A stretch of DNA of 64,000 nucleotides. Origin: Eledone cirrhosa (taxonomy: Eukaryota). This document shows, one piece after another, positions 14,151 through 28,149 of the stretch; position 1 is the stretch's first letter; every line of letters starts with the position of its first letter. The position numbers and the translations under genes are program-made. Location: positions 28,706,001-28,770,000 of the forward strand of contig OZ024763.1 in the NCBI GenBank assembly GCA_964016885.1, in the 5' to 3' direction. A model generated the notes under the pieces. That model was not told the origin of the DNA. It saw only the letters and a program-made list of their open reading frames with translations, and searched no databases.

Positions 14151-14261
14151 GGTTAAATATTTAGATCGTGGGGCCCACGGCGTTGTAGTAAATGTTAAGG
14201 GTTTTTAGCTTCTGAACACAAAATTCCTGTAAGCACCTACTTCCTCCCTTACCCGTATTTG

Positions 14262-14424
14262 CATCTTCTTCTCATTTGCCTTCTTCTTCTTCTTCTTCTT
14301 CTTCTTCTTCTTCTTCTTCTTCTTCTTCTTCTTCTTCTTCTTCTTCTTCTTTGCCTTCTTCTTCTTCTTTGCCTTCTTCTTCTTCTTCTTCTTTTTTCTT
14401 CTTTTTTCTTTTTCTTTTTTCTTT

Positions 14425-14501
<77 letters not shown>

Positions 14502-14925
14502 CTTCTTCTTCTTCTTCTTCTTCTTCTTCTTCTTCTTCTTCTTCTTCTTCTTCTTCTTCTTCTTCTTCTTCTTCTTCTTCTTTGCCTTCTTCTTTGCCTT
14601 CTTCTTGGGTCATCTCTCAATCGAATGTGAAGAATGCACGAAGTTCTTGTTCCAAACTTCCTTATTTCTCATCGCAGTAAGAAGATCCCGTTTGGTGAGG
14701 ACAGAGTACCTCGCGAAAAGAGTCTTGATGGTTGTGCTTGGACGTCCTACTAGATGCTTTGCATCCGTTGACCGCAGAAGCAGCCTTTTCCTTGTAGGTT
14801 CATCCTAGCGGGAAATTTGACCAGCAAGAGCCAAGCCACGGGTTCCAACTTTCGATGAAACACGTGGCACGTCACCATAAAACCCTTGTTGGTAGTCAGA
14901 CTTTGCCACCTTTTCTAGCAAACCT
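14262..14925 (-). mobile_element. RTE-type LINE 3' fragment (second family) with (GAA)n/(CAA)n tail
   Basis: Minus strand gives degenerate FYGDVPRVSS..LALAGQISR*DEP..VGRPSTTIK..DLLTAMRNKEVWNKNFV, followed directly by the trinucleotide tract 14262-14605. Confidence 0.7.
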
Positions 14926-14949
14926 AATTTTGTAATCAATAATAGGTAA

Positions 14950-15160
14950 GGGTTTCTAATTTAGGCACAAGGCCAGTAATTTTGTGGTTTCCGAAAGTTG
15001 ATTAAGTTGACCCCAGTGTGCTACTGGTACTTTATTTTATCGACTCAGTGAGGATGAAAGGCAAATCTAACCTCGGCAAGATTTCTACTCAGAACGTAAA
15101 GTGCCGCCACTCTCTACTGCAAACCATGATATCCGACGCTCTACCGATACTACCAATATA
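14950..15160 (-). mobile_element. SINE family A (moderately diverged)
   Basis: Reverse complement of head, core and tail. Confidence 0.85.
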
Positions 15161-15184
15161 CTACTCTTCATTTAATCATTAATA

Positions 15185-15752
15185 AATAATTGTTTCTACT
15201 TTTAGGCACAAGGCCAGCAATTACCCCAGTGCATTACTGGTACTTTATTTTATCGACCACTAATAATTGTTTCTACTTTAGGCACAAGGCCAGCAATTAC
15301 CCAGTGCATTACTGGTACTTTATTTTATCGACCACTAATAATTGTTTCTACTTTAGGCACAAGGCCAGCAATTACCCAGTGCATTACTGGTACTTTATTT
15401 TATCGACCACTAATAATTGTTTCTACTTTAGGCACAAGGCCAGCAATTACCCAGTGCATTACTGGTACTTTATTTTATCGACCACTAATAATTGTTTCTA
15501 CTTTAGGCACAAGGCCAGCAATAACCCAGTACATTACTGGTACTTTATTTTATCGACCACTAATAATTGTTTCTACTTTAGGCACAAGGCCAGCAAATAC
15601 CCAGTACATTACTGGTACTTTATTTTATCGACCCCGTAAGGATGAAAGGCAAAGTCAACCTCGGCGGGATTTGAACTCAGATCGTAAAGGGACGTAACTA
15701 TGTTGAAAAGCATGGCTTCCGACCCTCCACTGATACTGCCAATCCACCGCCT
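15185..15752 (-). mobile_element. SINE family A whose 3' 75 bp occurs in six tandem copies
   Basis: TTGTTTCTACTTT recurs at 15190, 15267, 15342, 15417, 15492, 15567; the last unit continues into a full SINE. TTAATAAATAAT flanks the whole structure (15179-15190 / 15753-15764). Confidence 0.93.
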
Positions 15753-15959
15753 TTAATAAATAATAATCATGTATAATTATTTTACCCGAATATTTTAAGA
15801 GAAGGCCCTCAAATTGCATATAATTGAGGGCCACAGCAAGTGAAAGTCAAGCTCGCTGTGAATGTCCCTCGCGGTTTGACCAGATTGTTCTTCCGATGGG
15901 ACTGTAACTTCAACCAGGATCATCTTCTTCACATTTTAACACCACACCATGACTCGGAG

Positions 15960-16105
15960 TGAAGGTGCATGGCTTAGTGGTTAGAGCATTGGGCTTGGAA
16001 TCGAAAGGTTGTGAGTTCAATTCTCGGACCGGGTGATGTGTTGTTTCCTTGAGCAAGACACTGTATTTCGCGTTGCTCCAGTTTACTCAGCTGTAGAAAT
16101 GAGAT
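15960..16105 (+). mobile_element. tRNA-derived SINE family B
   Basis: A-box TGGCTTAGTGG, B-box GAGTTCAATTCT, then CCTTGAGCAAGACAC..ACTCAGCTGTAGAAATGAG. Confidence 0.88.
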
Positions 16106-16572
16106 GATAGGGACTGGGGTCCCTATCATTAAATTACCCAAGACATCTCCAACGAGATATACATTGGAGGAGGCCAGCTAAACCTGCATAGGTGTGAGCT
16201 GTCACACACACGTCTCAGAGGTGGGAGGGTCTCAATGTATGTGTATGTGTGTGTATGTGTATGTATATAACGTTATTTGGATAAATCCTTAATAGGTTCA
16301 CCCCAAGATCGTAAGGCCACGATGTCGATTTCTGAGAACACGTTTTGTCATTTTGGAAGACATTTCGTTTCACGGTGTTCCAGACCCCTCAACTGAAAAC
16401 ATTGGATGTATATCTAAAGTGTATACATTTCTGAGGGATGCGCAGCCACTTGCATGGTAATTTCACATATACTTTGTAAAGTTGATAGCATCAGCGAAAT
16501 CTCTCGTTTTCGGAACCAATGGAGGACTAACACGTATATAGCCTTTGCATGTTTAACTGCATGTATATATAC

Positions 16573-16619
<47 letters not shown>

Positions 16620-16774
16620 GGTGTGTGTGTGTGCACTTATATTTCGTGTACATACAAAGGCAAAAAATGTCATTTTAAATGCAAACATTGAAAAAAACTT
16701 TCTTCAACCTTTCGGCGATTAGGGTCTAATTTCACAGGAAAGACAGATCACTTCGTGACTGTTCTCGTCAGAAT

Positions 16775-16921
<147 letters not shown>

Positions 16922-16964
16922 CATATATATATATACATATATATATATACATATATATATATAC

Positions 16965-17046
<82 letters not shown>

Positions 17047-17080
17047 GTATACACTATTAGAATAAAGGCTCTTCATGTAT

Positions 17081-17144
<64 letters not shown>

Positions 17145-17316
17145 ATGTATATATCTGGAGGGATCTGTAAGCATATTTTATATATATAAGTATATATATA
17201 TATACACATATATATACATATATACGCATACACACACACATATATATATACACACACACATATGTATGCATATATACACATCTAAACGTACATAATATAT
17301 ATATATATATACACAT

Positions 17317-17402
<86 letters not shown>

Positions 17403-17656
17403 GTATATACATATATACAGATACACACACACACATATATATATGTATATACACATATAAACGTACACACACATATATATATATGCATATATATATATAT
17501 ACAAACACATATATACATACATACACATGTATAATCTGTATGTATGTTTGTTGCGAGATCGTGTCAAACTTAAAGGATTTCTTCTATACCCTTGAAATCA
17601 AATAAGCAAATAAATATATAAATAAATATAAATACCCAATAACAAACACACAAAGA

Positions 17657-17687
<31 letters not shown>

Positions 17688-17926
17688 CTTCATCCCTACT
17701 CTGTCCCCTAATCCTGAAAAAAAAATAGAAGCAAAAACTGAAGGAAAAATCAAAAAAAAATCTCTTGGATGAACCAGAGAGGATGTTCCCTCGTTGGAGT
17801 TACAGGAAGATTCCATATATGTCGTGTCACGTGTGACTACCAGAATGGTGTGATGACGTTGGTGTTACCGATGGCGTAGAGTTGTGTAAGTAAAGTAAAG
17901 GGTTAACAGGTATATATGTATGTATT

Positions 17927-17975
<49 letters not shown>

Positions 17976-18050
17976 ATATATATGTATCTATGTATGTATA
18001 TATGTATTTATGTATATATGTATGTATGTATGTATATGTATGCAAGTATT

Positions 18051-18099
<49 letters not shown>

Positions 18100-18193
18100 A
18101 TGTGTATATATATGTATCTATGTATGTATATATGTATGTATGTATTTGTATGTACGTATGCACATGTATGTATTTGTATGTATGTATTATGTA

Positions 18194-18230
<37 letters not shown>

Positions 18231-18414
18231 TATATCTCTCTCTATATATACATGTGTGTATGTATAGATGTATGTGTGAGTAAATATATATATTTCTATA
18301 TATCTCCATGTATGTATGTATATGTGAGTGAATATATATATATATATGTATATACTGTACTATAATTGCCATGTATATACTCGAATATTTACATGTATAT
18401 ATGTATATTTATAT

Positions 18415-18488
<74 letters not shown>

Positions 18489-18930
18489 TTGGAGATATAT
18501 TTACATATATAGAAACATACTCACATACACAGATATACATACACATGCAATGGATGTATCCTTACACAGTTCTATAACTACCAGGAGATTGAACCTGCCC
18601 ACCTCAGCACTTCCTTTCACTAAACCGAAATCTCAGTACAACAAAAACAACAACAACAACAACATCAACAAGATGAACCGAAAGAATGCCTCCAAAGTAT
18701 CAAAGAAAACCCCAACATCACGGGCCATGTTAGACTATTTTATTGCGCGTAATTTCATATTATCGAATAAAAAAAAATGGCTGCCCGTATTCATCTTTTT
18801 TTTAATTCTTTTCAATAACCTTAATTACTTGTTCTTGTAGTAAGCCTTCATTTAACTGAAGTTGGGTCTCTCACATTACCGAGAAAAATATAGTTAAATA
18901 TATATAAAAACAATAAGAAATGGATAAAGA

Positions 18931-18975
<45 letters not shown>

Positions 18976-19081
18976 TGCGCGCGCGCGCTCGCTCTTCTTC
19001 CTCTATATCTCTCTTTCTATCTTTCCCTAGCCTCCTCTATCTGTCTCTCACTTCTCTCTTTCTCTAGCCCTCTTCTCTCTT

Positions 19082-19116
<35 letters not shown>

Positions 19117-19571
19117 TTCTCTCTCACTCTTGCTCTTCTTTCTCTCTCTCTCACTCTTGCTCTTTTTTCTCTATATCTCTCTTTCTCTCTCTCATATCTC
19201 TCTCTCTCCTCTCACTTTCTCCTATCTCTCTCTCTTTTCTCTCTCTCACCCTCCTCCCTCTCTCCCACTCATCCCTCTCTCTCACTCTCCCCCCTCTCCA
19301 TCTCTCTCTCTCCATCTCCTCTCTCCATCTCCCCCTCTCTCTCCCCTCCCTCACACACCCGGTATATACAGTTGACATTACCAGTACCTGATGTCACCCC
19401 TCCTCAATTTACCGGGATTTCAAAGAGAATTACAGAGAGAGAAGAAAAAAAACGACACAACACCAATAATAATAATAATTACTCTGTATCTGTGTGACTG
19501 TGTGTGAGTGAGTGTATCTGTGTGCATTTGTGTGTGTGTCTCTGTGTGTGGGTAGATATATATATATATGT

Positions 19572-19603
<32 letters not shown>

Positions 19604-19748
19604 ATCAGTGAGTGTAATTGTGTGTGTGTGCGTAGATATATATATATGTCTGTGTGTGTGTCTGCGTGTGTGTGTGCGTGTGTATCAGTGAGTGTAATTG
19701 TGTGTGTGTGCGTAGATATATATATGTGTGTGTGTATCAGTGAGTGTA

Positions 19749-19791
<43 letters not shown>

Positions 19792-20947
19792 AGATATATA
19801 TATATGTCTGTGTGTGCGTGTGTTTGTGTCAATGTATGTTTGTGATTGTATGTTTGTGTGTTTGTGTGTGTGTATCTGTGTGTCTGTGTCTGTGTGTTTC
19901 CGTATTTGTGAGTGTGTGTGTGTGATGGTGTGTGTATTTATGTGTGTGCTTAAGTTTCTCTGTGTGTATTTGTGTGTGTGTGTATCTCTGAGTGTGTCAA
20001 ATTTCTCGACAAAAACTAAAATGGACTCTTCCCTGTCAAGATTCCTAAACTTTTGTACACCACTCACACAGATGAAAGCGGGCAGACAGACAGACAGACA
20101 GACAGACTGTCCTGTCTTCCTCCCTCCCTACTTTTATTCTCATTACTAATTACGAAAAAGCCTTTAATTAATGAACAACAACAACATCAACAACTACTAT
20201 TGTTATAACATCTACTACTACAATTATTACTACTAATAGAAATAATAATTGTTTCATTTACTAGCCACAAGGGGCGCTGATATATAGGGAACAATACAAA
20301 ATACAGGGAGAGTGGTGGTGGTGGTAGGGTGTACAATAACGATGAGTAAAAATACACAATAACATAAACATAATTAACACTGAAAAAAATATAAAATTTT
20401 AAAGAAATAATGGTAAAAATAATATTTTTATTAACAATATTAACAATAATAGTAATAGACAATCTAATTTTAAGTTTAATATTATGTTTATTTTTATCAT
20501 CCCTAACATACTTTGATAGAGAGGTTACATGTGTTGTTGTAGCTGTTGTTGTAGTTTATTTTATACTATATAGATATATGTATTTATATATATGTATATA
20601 TATATATATTTTTTTTTTCAATATGGCGTCCATTTAGTTTTATTTCAGAGCAGAGTGATAATAACTGTTGTCAGTCTGATTGCAACATCCAATTTCTCAT
20701 CTCAGGAATTTCGATTGGAAGACATTCATTAAGGAATGGGTAATGCTGGCTATTCAAACGAAAAGGGGTATTATGACATTACACCATTACACCATTATAC
20801 CATCGTTCTACCGTTCTAGCGTTGTAGCGTTCTGTCATTCCATCATTCCATCATCCTTCATTCTTCATATGCCGCCACCCCCAGACTCACTCTAATCAAA
20901 CTAATATCTCTCAAGGCCTTTTGTTATTCTTCATGCATCTGCATCCA

Positions 20948-20992
<45 letters not shown>

Positions 20993-21411
20993 CCTATTTA
21001 TACATTTATATATGTATATATATATATATATATTTAATATTTATACATTTATATATATATATATATACGTGTATATATATATATCCTGTTTATACATTTA
21101 TATATATATATATATATATACATATCCTGTTTATACATTTATATATATATATATATTTATCCTATTTATACATTTATATATGTATATATATATATATATA
21201 TATTTATCCTATGTATACATTTATATATGTATATATATATATATATATATATACAGTACATAAGTACTTATACACATGCATATATATATATATGCATGTG
21301 TATAAGTACACATGTGATTATTCACTTCTAATTGATATATTTTTGGGATTATTTTATATTTTTTATAATGGCCACCTCGGTATTTGTACACACATATGCA
21401 CACATACACCT

Positions 21412-21575
<164 letters not shown>

Positions 21576-22452
21576 TATATATTCCCATCCCATTTGTGAT
21601 TGGTGCAGTTACAAAAACACACTTCATAAAATACGGTAACCACATATGTGCAACCAAATATTAGCTCATAGAAACTTTCACAAACTCTCTCTCCCCTCTC
21701 CCCCTCTCTCTCTTTTTCTCTCTCTATCCCCCCTCTCTCTTTCTCTCTCTCCCCTCTCTCTCTTTATCTCTCTCTCTCCCCTCTCTCTCTTTCTCTCTAT
21801 TCCTCTCTCACTCTCTCTTTCTCTCTCTCTGTCTCTCTTTTTCTCTCTCTCTTTTTCTCTCTCTCTCTGTTACACTCACACATACATACGCATGCAGATT
21901 CATGCACACACACAGAAACAAATGTACACGGATACATACACGCACACACACTCACAAACACACATATATACTCCCAAGGCAACGCTCGCAAGCCCACACA
22001 GAAATACAAATGTACTCACACACACATACAAACACACACACAGACAAACACACATATACATTCTCAAAGCAAAGCTCGCAAGACCACACAGAAACACATG
22101 TACGTAGATCAAACACACACACACACAGACAAACACACACACACAGACAAACACACACACACAGACAAACACACACATATATATATATATACACGTATCA
22201 GAAGTTGTTATATTTTTTTATATAATGTCTAAGTCCACCACCCTCACAGAAACTGCCCCCGCCCCCACGTCACACCCCCCCCCCTCTCCTCGGACCCCCC
22301 CCCCCACACACGCACACACACTTTAACCGCCCCACCCCCTCCCGAAACCGCTCCACCCCACAGACGCCACCCCACCCATCCCTTTCAATTACAGCAACCC
22401 TAAATGATGAATGATTTGTAATTTGGTGCTGAATTTCTTTTCGCCAATCACA

Positions 22453-23262
22453 TATCATCACCATCACCATCACCATCACCATCATTATCACCATCATCAT
22501 CACCATCACCATCACCATCATTATCACCATCACCATCACCATCATCATCATTATCACCATCACCATCATTATCACCATCACCATCACCATCATTATCACC
22601 ATCACCATCATTATCACCATCACCATCATTATCACCATCATTATCACCATCATTATCACCATCACCATCATTATCACCATCACCATCACCATCACCATCA
22701 TTATCACCATCATCATCATTATCACCATCATCATCATTATCAACATCACCATCATCATCATTATCAACATCACCATCACCATCATTATCACCATCACCAT
22801 CATTATCACCATCACCATCACCATCATCATCATTATCAACATCACGATCACCATCATTATCGTCACCATCATCATCATTATCATCACCAGTATTATCGTT
22901 ACCATCATCATCGTCATCATATCACCATCACCATCATCATTAATTTCATTACCATCATTAACGGCTTCACTATTATCATCATCACCATCATCATCATCAC
23001 CATCACCATCATCACCATCACCATCATCACCATCACCATCATCACCATCATCATCATCACCATCATCATCATCACCATCACCATCATAACCATCACCATC
23101 ATCACCATCACCATCATCACCATCATCATCATCACCATCACCATCATCACCATCACCATCATCACCATCATCATCATCACCATCACCATCATCACTATCA
23201 TCATCATCATCATCACCATCATTATTATCATCATCATTATCAGCTTCGTCATCATTGTCATC
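22453..23262. repeat. (CAT/CAC)n trinucleotide tract
   Basis: Direct inspection. Confidence 0.97.
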
Positions 23263-23264
23263 AA

Positions 23265-23454
23265 GGTGGATTGGCAGTATCGGTAGAGGGTCGGACGCCA
23301 TGCTTTCCAGCATAGAGTTACGGCCCTTTATGATCTGAGTTCAAATCCCGCCAAGGTTAACTTTGCCTTTCATCCTTACGGGGTTTGATAATATAAAGTA
23401 CCAGTAATGCACTGGGTAATTGCTGGCCTTGTGCCTAAAGTAGAAACAATTATT
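23265..23454 (+). mobile_element. Young SINE family A
   Basis: A-box TGGCAGTATCGG, B-box GAGTTCAAATCCC, core and tail. Confidence 0.92.
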
Positions 23455-23545
23455 GATATTATACTCCAGAAGAAAACTTGTCGAGTGCTTCTAATCTGTT
23501 ATAAATTAACTTTGTTGAATAATCAACAAATTAAATAACTCATTG

Positions 23546-23622
<77 letters not shown>

Positions 23623-23712
23623 ATAATAATTACGTTGAGTACTCTCTATATTATTACATTGCGATTGACCATACGGAATTGACCAGCTCTATCCAGTGGT
23701 GAACCTTAAACC

Positions 23713-23758
<46 letters not shown>

Positions 23759-23763
<5 letters not shown>

Positions 23764-24258
23764 GTGGTTACACAACAGTTAGTTCACCACACCGAGAACA
23801 ATTGTTTCACCTTCGCGGATCTTCAGCTCGGGATGTGTATGGTAATAGGAAAAGGAAGGACAAACGTGTGAACAATTCACACATTGTCCACACGTCAGCA
23901 AACATCTATTGCATAACTACAAGGCTCCGGACTGATTCTTTGTAATTTTATTTTTTAATTTTTTTATTTTATTTTCAACCAAAAAACTTTCCGGACTTTC
24001 GCAGTTATCTCCCTTACAACCCCCGCACGCAGTCTAGTATTGCCTGTGTGAAGTGACCGAGTTTCTGCGCATGCGCGTTCGTAAGGTTTGTCCATCCTGT
24101 TCCTATCACCATACACATCCCGAGCTGAAGATCCGCGAAGGTGAAACAATTGTTCTCGGTGTGGTGAACTAACTGTTGTGTTACCACTTCTACCTAACTC
24201 GTCCCTTGGACTGAGTGCTCTACCACTACGGATATTACCTTCCAGTGTTACACCACTA
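23759..24258. mobile_element. Fold-back cassette (arms 23759-23866 / 24086-24193) bounded by (TA)n; probable PLE terminus
   Basis: ~108-bp inverted arms each contain a hammerhead motif; ~220-bp spacer; (TA)n on both sides. Confidence 0.7.
24120..24159 (+). ncRNA. 40-nt minimal hammerhead motif (mirror copy on - strand at 23792-23831)
   Basis: CCGAG-CTGAAGA-T-CC-GCGAA-GG-T-GAAA-C-AATT-G-TT-CTCGG: perfect 5-bp stem I, palindromic stem III AACAATTGTT, GUU site, short stem II closed by U/U. Confidence 0.7.
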
Positions 24259-24435
24259 TATATATATATATATAAGCAGAGAGGGAGAAAGAGAAGGGGG
24301 CGGGATGACACAAGGCACTTGCCCATCACCGCATCCCTTCACTACCCCCTCCCTCCCCACCGGATAGATCCGGCCCTTTCACTATCCCTCTTGTTCCATA
24401 TCTACCAGAAACAAAACGAAGAACTACATTATTCA

Positions 24436-24635
24436 AAGTGTCTTTATCTCTGTATTTCCAAAGACATTCCAACCATGACTATCCCGTCGTTCCATACGTA
24501 CAAAACAACTAAACCTTCGAGTCTCACCGATCAACGTGTCTTTATTATCTCTGTATTTTCAAAGACATTCCAACCATGACTCTCCCGTCGTTCCATACGT
24601 ACTAATCAACCAAAACCACCGAATCTCGCCATTCA
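24436..24635. repeat. ~100-bp direct duplication
   Basis: TATCTCTGTATTT..AAAGACATTCCAACCATGACT..CCCGTCGTTCCATACGTAC occurs twice. Confidence 0.9.
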
Positions 24636-25160
24636 GCGTGTTCTTATCTAAGACTGCGAGGCGTGACTTCATTAAGATTTTCACTGCTGTTTGTTGCGGG
24701 TCAGGAGCTCAGATTGGACGGAAGGCCCAGTTGGTTGATAATGGCGTTAGAAGGAAGGAGTGGTAGTGTGGTATGTGTGGTGGTGTGTAGTAGGGACCGC
24801 TGGTGTCCATGCGTGTCCCTTAATGATAATGCTGTATAATGAGTGTCCCCTTATCTACACTAACACTACTTGTATAATTACCAAAAATGTGGTTGTTGTT
24901 GTTGTTGTTGTTGTTAGCGCTGCTACTATTGTTGCTGTCATTGTTTCTGTTGCTGTTATTGTTGTTGGTGTTGTTGTTCTATTTGTTGTTGATGTGGCCT
25001 TTGTTGTTGTTGTTGTTGTTGTTGTTGCTGTGATATAACGGTCCATTCATGAGATTGATTCATTACAAACGTAGCCAACCCCGCGTCAAACTCCCGAACA
25101 TTCTCACCCCACCTATATACCCACAAAATATTGCATCTATGGTGGAAGCTATATATACTG

Positions 25161-25212
<52 letters not shown>

Positions 25213-25319
25213 ACCAAAAGTTAAACAAGTTTCACTGATTAAACAATGAATATAGTTTTACACTAGATTAGAAGCACTCAACAGTATTGTTTTCTAGAGT
25301 TATTAATGTTAATTCAAAA

Positions 25320-25539
25320 TATTAATAAATATAGACATTCACGTAATCAAAATATATTTTATTATATATATTTCGGAAGTACTGTATTGTTTTCTCAGTA
25401 CGTCCTCATCAGATAAAATATATAAAATATATAAAATATATATATATTTTATCTGATGAGGACGTACTGAGAAAGCAACACAGTACCTCCGAAATATATA
25501 TAATAAAATATATTTTGATTACGTGAATGTCTATATTTA

Positions 25540-25546
<7 letters not shown>
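25320..25546. repeat. Fold-back with ~105-bp arms and a hammerhead on each arm
   Basis: 25320-25424 is the reverse complement of ~25441-25546 with few mismatches. Confidence 0.95.
25445..25510 (+). ncRNA. Minimal type-I hammerhead ribozyme motif (mirror copy on - strand at 25355-25420)
   Basis: 8-bp stem I TATTTTAT/ATAAAATA; CTGATGA 25453-25459; stem II GGACGTACTG/CAGTACCTCC (9/10 pairs, canonical G10.1-C11.1); GAAA 25491-25494; palindromic stem III ATATATAT; AUA site (cut after 25502). Confidence 0.82.
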
Positions 25547-25574
<28 letters not shown>

Positions 25575-25777
25575 AACCACGCAGAAATGTATGCACACGC
25601 ACATGTATACATACATACATACATACATAAACGCATACATGCATACATTGACGCACTGCCCTCACACAGGAATGCGCATTTGCCCACGCGAATATACAGT
25701 AACAACAACAACAACACCAACAGCATTGATGACGATAAAAATTAATATTGCTATTGTCATTGATGTTATTATTACAA

Positions 25778-25955
25778 CATGCTTTGTGGCAGAGTTATGG
25801 CCCTTTACGTTCTAGGTTCATATACCGACAAAGGTTAGCTTTGCCATTCAACATTACATGGTCGATAAAATAAAGTACCAGTAGCACACTGGGGTCGATT
25901 TAATCGACTTTCCCCTCTCTCCAGCATTGCTGGCATTCTGCCTATATTAGAAACC
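25778..25955 (+). mobile_element. 5'-truncated SINE family A
   Basis: Core GGTCGATAAAATAAAGTACCAGTAGCACACTGGGGTCGATTTAATCGAC and tail. Confidence 0.8.
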
Positions 25956-25975
25956 CTTCCATCAGCATCATTGCT

Positions 25976-26006
<31 letters not shown>

Positions 26007-27074
26007 TAACCATTACTCTTATTATCACTCCCACCACTACAATCATCACTATCATTATTATAATTATCTTTACACCCCTATACCTTCCCTTCCCTCCACC
26101 TCCACCCACGTATCCCCTCCTTCTCTCCTTCCCCTTCCCCTCCTGTGTTAATTACTTATACAATTACACAATACCAAAAACGGAACGAACAAACTAAATA
26201 CATTATTGCAATCAGGGAGAGAGGAAGAAAAATAACCCGACTATGTTCTTTGTCCAAAGAATTCCTTGATTTCGGAGATTGGTGATGTTGTGTGGTGGGT
26301 TGCACAAGATGGTAGAGGGGTTTATAGAGATGATGCGTGGTGGGTTGCAGAAGCTGGAGGAGGGTTTTATAGAGACGATGTGTGTGTGTGTGTACGGGGA
26401 AGTGGTGAAGTGGGAATGGGTAGGGTTTTGCTGTGTGTATGTGTGTAAGGGGGGGGGGGGGGGGGGTTTAAACCAAGAGAAATTAGTAAAAAGAAAGAGA
26501 GAACGAGAAAAAATGGTGATGGTTGGTGGTTTGTATGTATGGAGGGCGGTGGTGGCTGCGTGTTGGGGCTGTGAAGGTGGGAATGGGTAGGATGAGTGTG
26601 TGTGTGAAGGTGGGTAGGGTGGGTGTAAACAACAGAAAATAGAAAGAGAGAACAAGAAAAAATGGTGATGGTTGGTGGGTTGTATGTGTGGATGGTGCTG
26701 ACTGTGTGTAGGGCCGTGAAGGGCGAATGGGTAGTGTGTGTGTGTGTGTGTGTGAAAGGGGGTGGGTTGGGTGTAAACAACAGAAAATAGAAAAATATAG
26801 AGGGAGAGTAAAAATATCGATGGGTGGCGACGGAGGTGGACACGGGGATGTAGAGGGGGTGATTTGAGGGTGTGTGGAGCCATGAAGGGTGGAAATATGT
26901 GGTGTTTGTGTGTGTGAAGGGGGGGGGGGGGTAACAAAAAAAGGAGAGAGAAAGAGCAAAAAGAAACGTGGAAGAAGAAAGATAGAAAATGTAAAAACGA
27001 AGCTGCAATGACAAGAAACACACGCACACACACATACGGGGACACACACACACACACACCCACACACACCCACC

Positions 27075-27124
<50 letters not shown>

Positions 27125-27141
27125 AACACAAACACAAACAA

Positions 27142-27242
<101 letters not shown>

Positions 27243-27377
27243 AAGAGAGAGAGAGAAAGAGAGACACAAACACACATACACAAACACAAACTCACACACA
27301 CACACAGACTAGACGAAATAAATTATATGCCGCAACAACATTAAGAACAATATGGTGAACATGAAATAAAACACACC

Positions 27378-27436
<59 letters not shown>

Positions 27437-28149
27437 ACTCACACATACCTACACAAACACACACAATAATAATAACAATATGACGAACAGTGAATAACAC
27501 ATATATATATACACACATACACACACGCATACTCACACACACACATTTACATATATACACAGGCACAAACATACACGCACTTGCACATACACACACATAC
27601 ACTCACAAACACACACATTCACACACATACACACACGCATACTCACACACACACATTTACATATATACACAGGCACAAACATACACGTACTTGCACATAC
27701 ACACACATACACTGACAAACACACATTCACACACATACACACACGCATACTAACACACACACACATTTACATATATACACAGGCACAAACATACACGCAT
27801 ACACTCACAAACACACACATTCACTCATATACACACAAACACACACATGCACACACGCATACTCACACACACACATTTACATATATACACAGGCACAAAC
27901 ATACACGAACTTGCACATACACACACAAACACACACATACCACACACAAACAACACACAAACACATACATACACACGCATACACACACAATAACAAAAAA
28001 CAATATGGCGACTATGAAATAAATACCTAAATAAATATATATAAATAAAGAAAGAATTATTAAACAGAAGCAAATAAAAGAAGAGAATTAGAGAAAAGAA
28101 TAAAAAAACAAACGTATAAATATAGAATATAAAATGGCGGACTTTGTAT

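Noticed and set aside
17690-18760. Possible + strand exons (donor GTAAGT at 17886; unique island 18550-18760)
   Set aside because: No frame stays open to the donor and no recognisable product; a non-coding exon cannot be excluded.
22270-23313. Asp/Gly-, Met- or His-rich 291-347-aa ORFs
   Set aside because: (CAT/CAC)n tract; the minus-strand ORF start comes from an antisense SINE.
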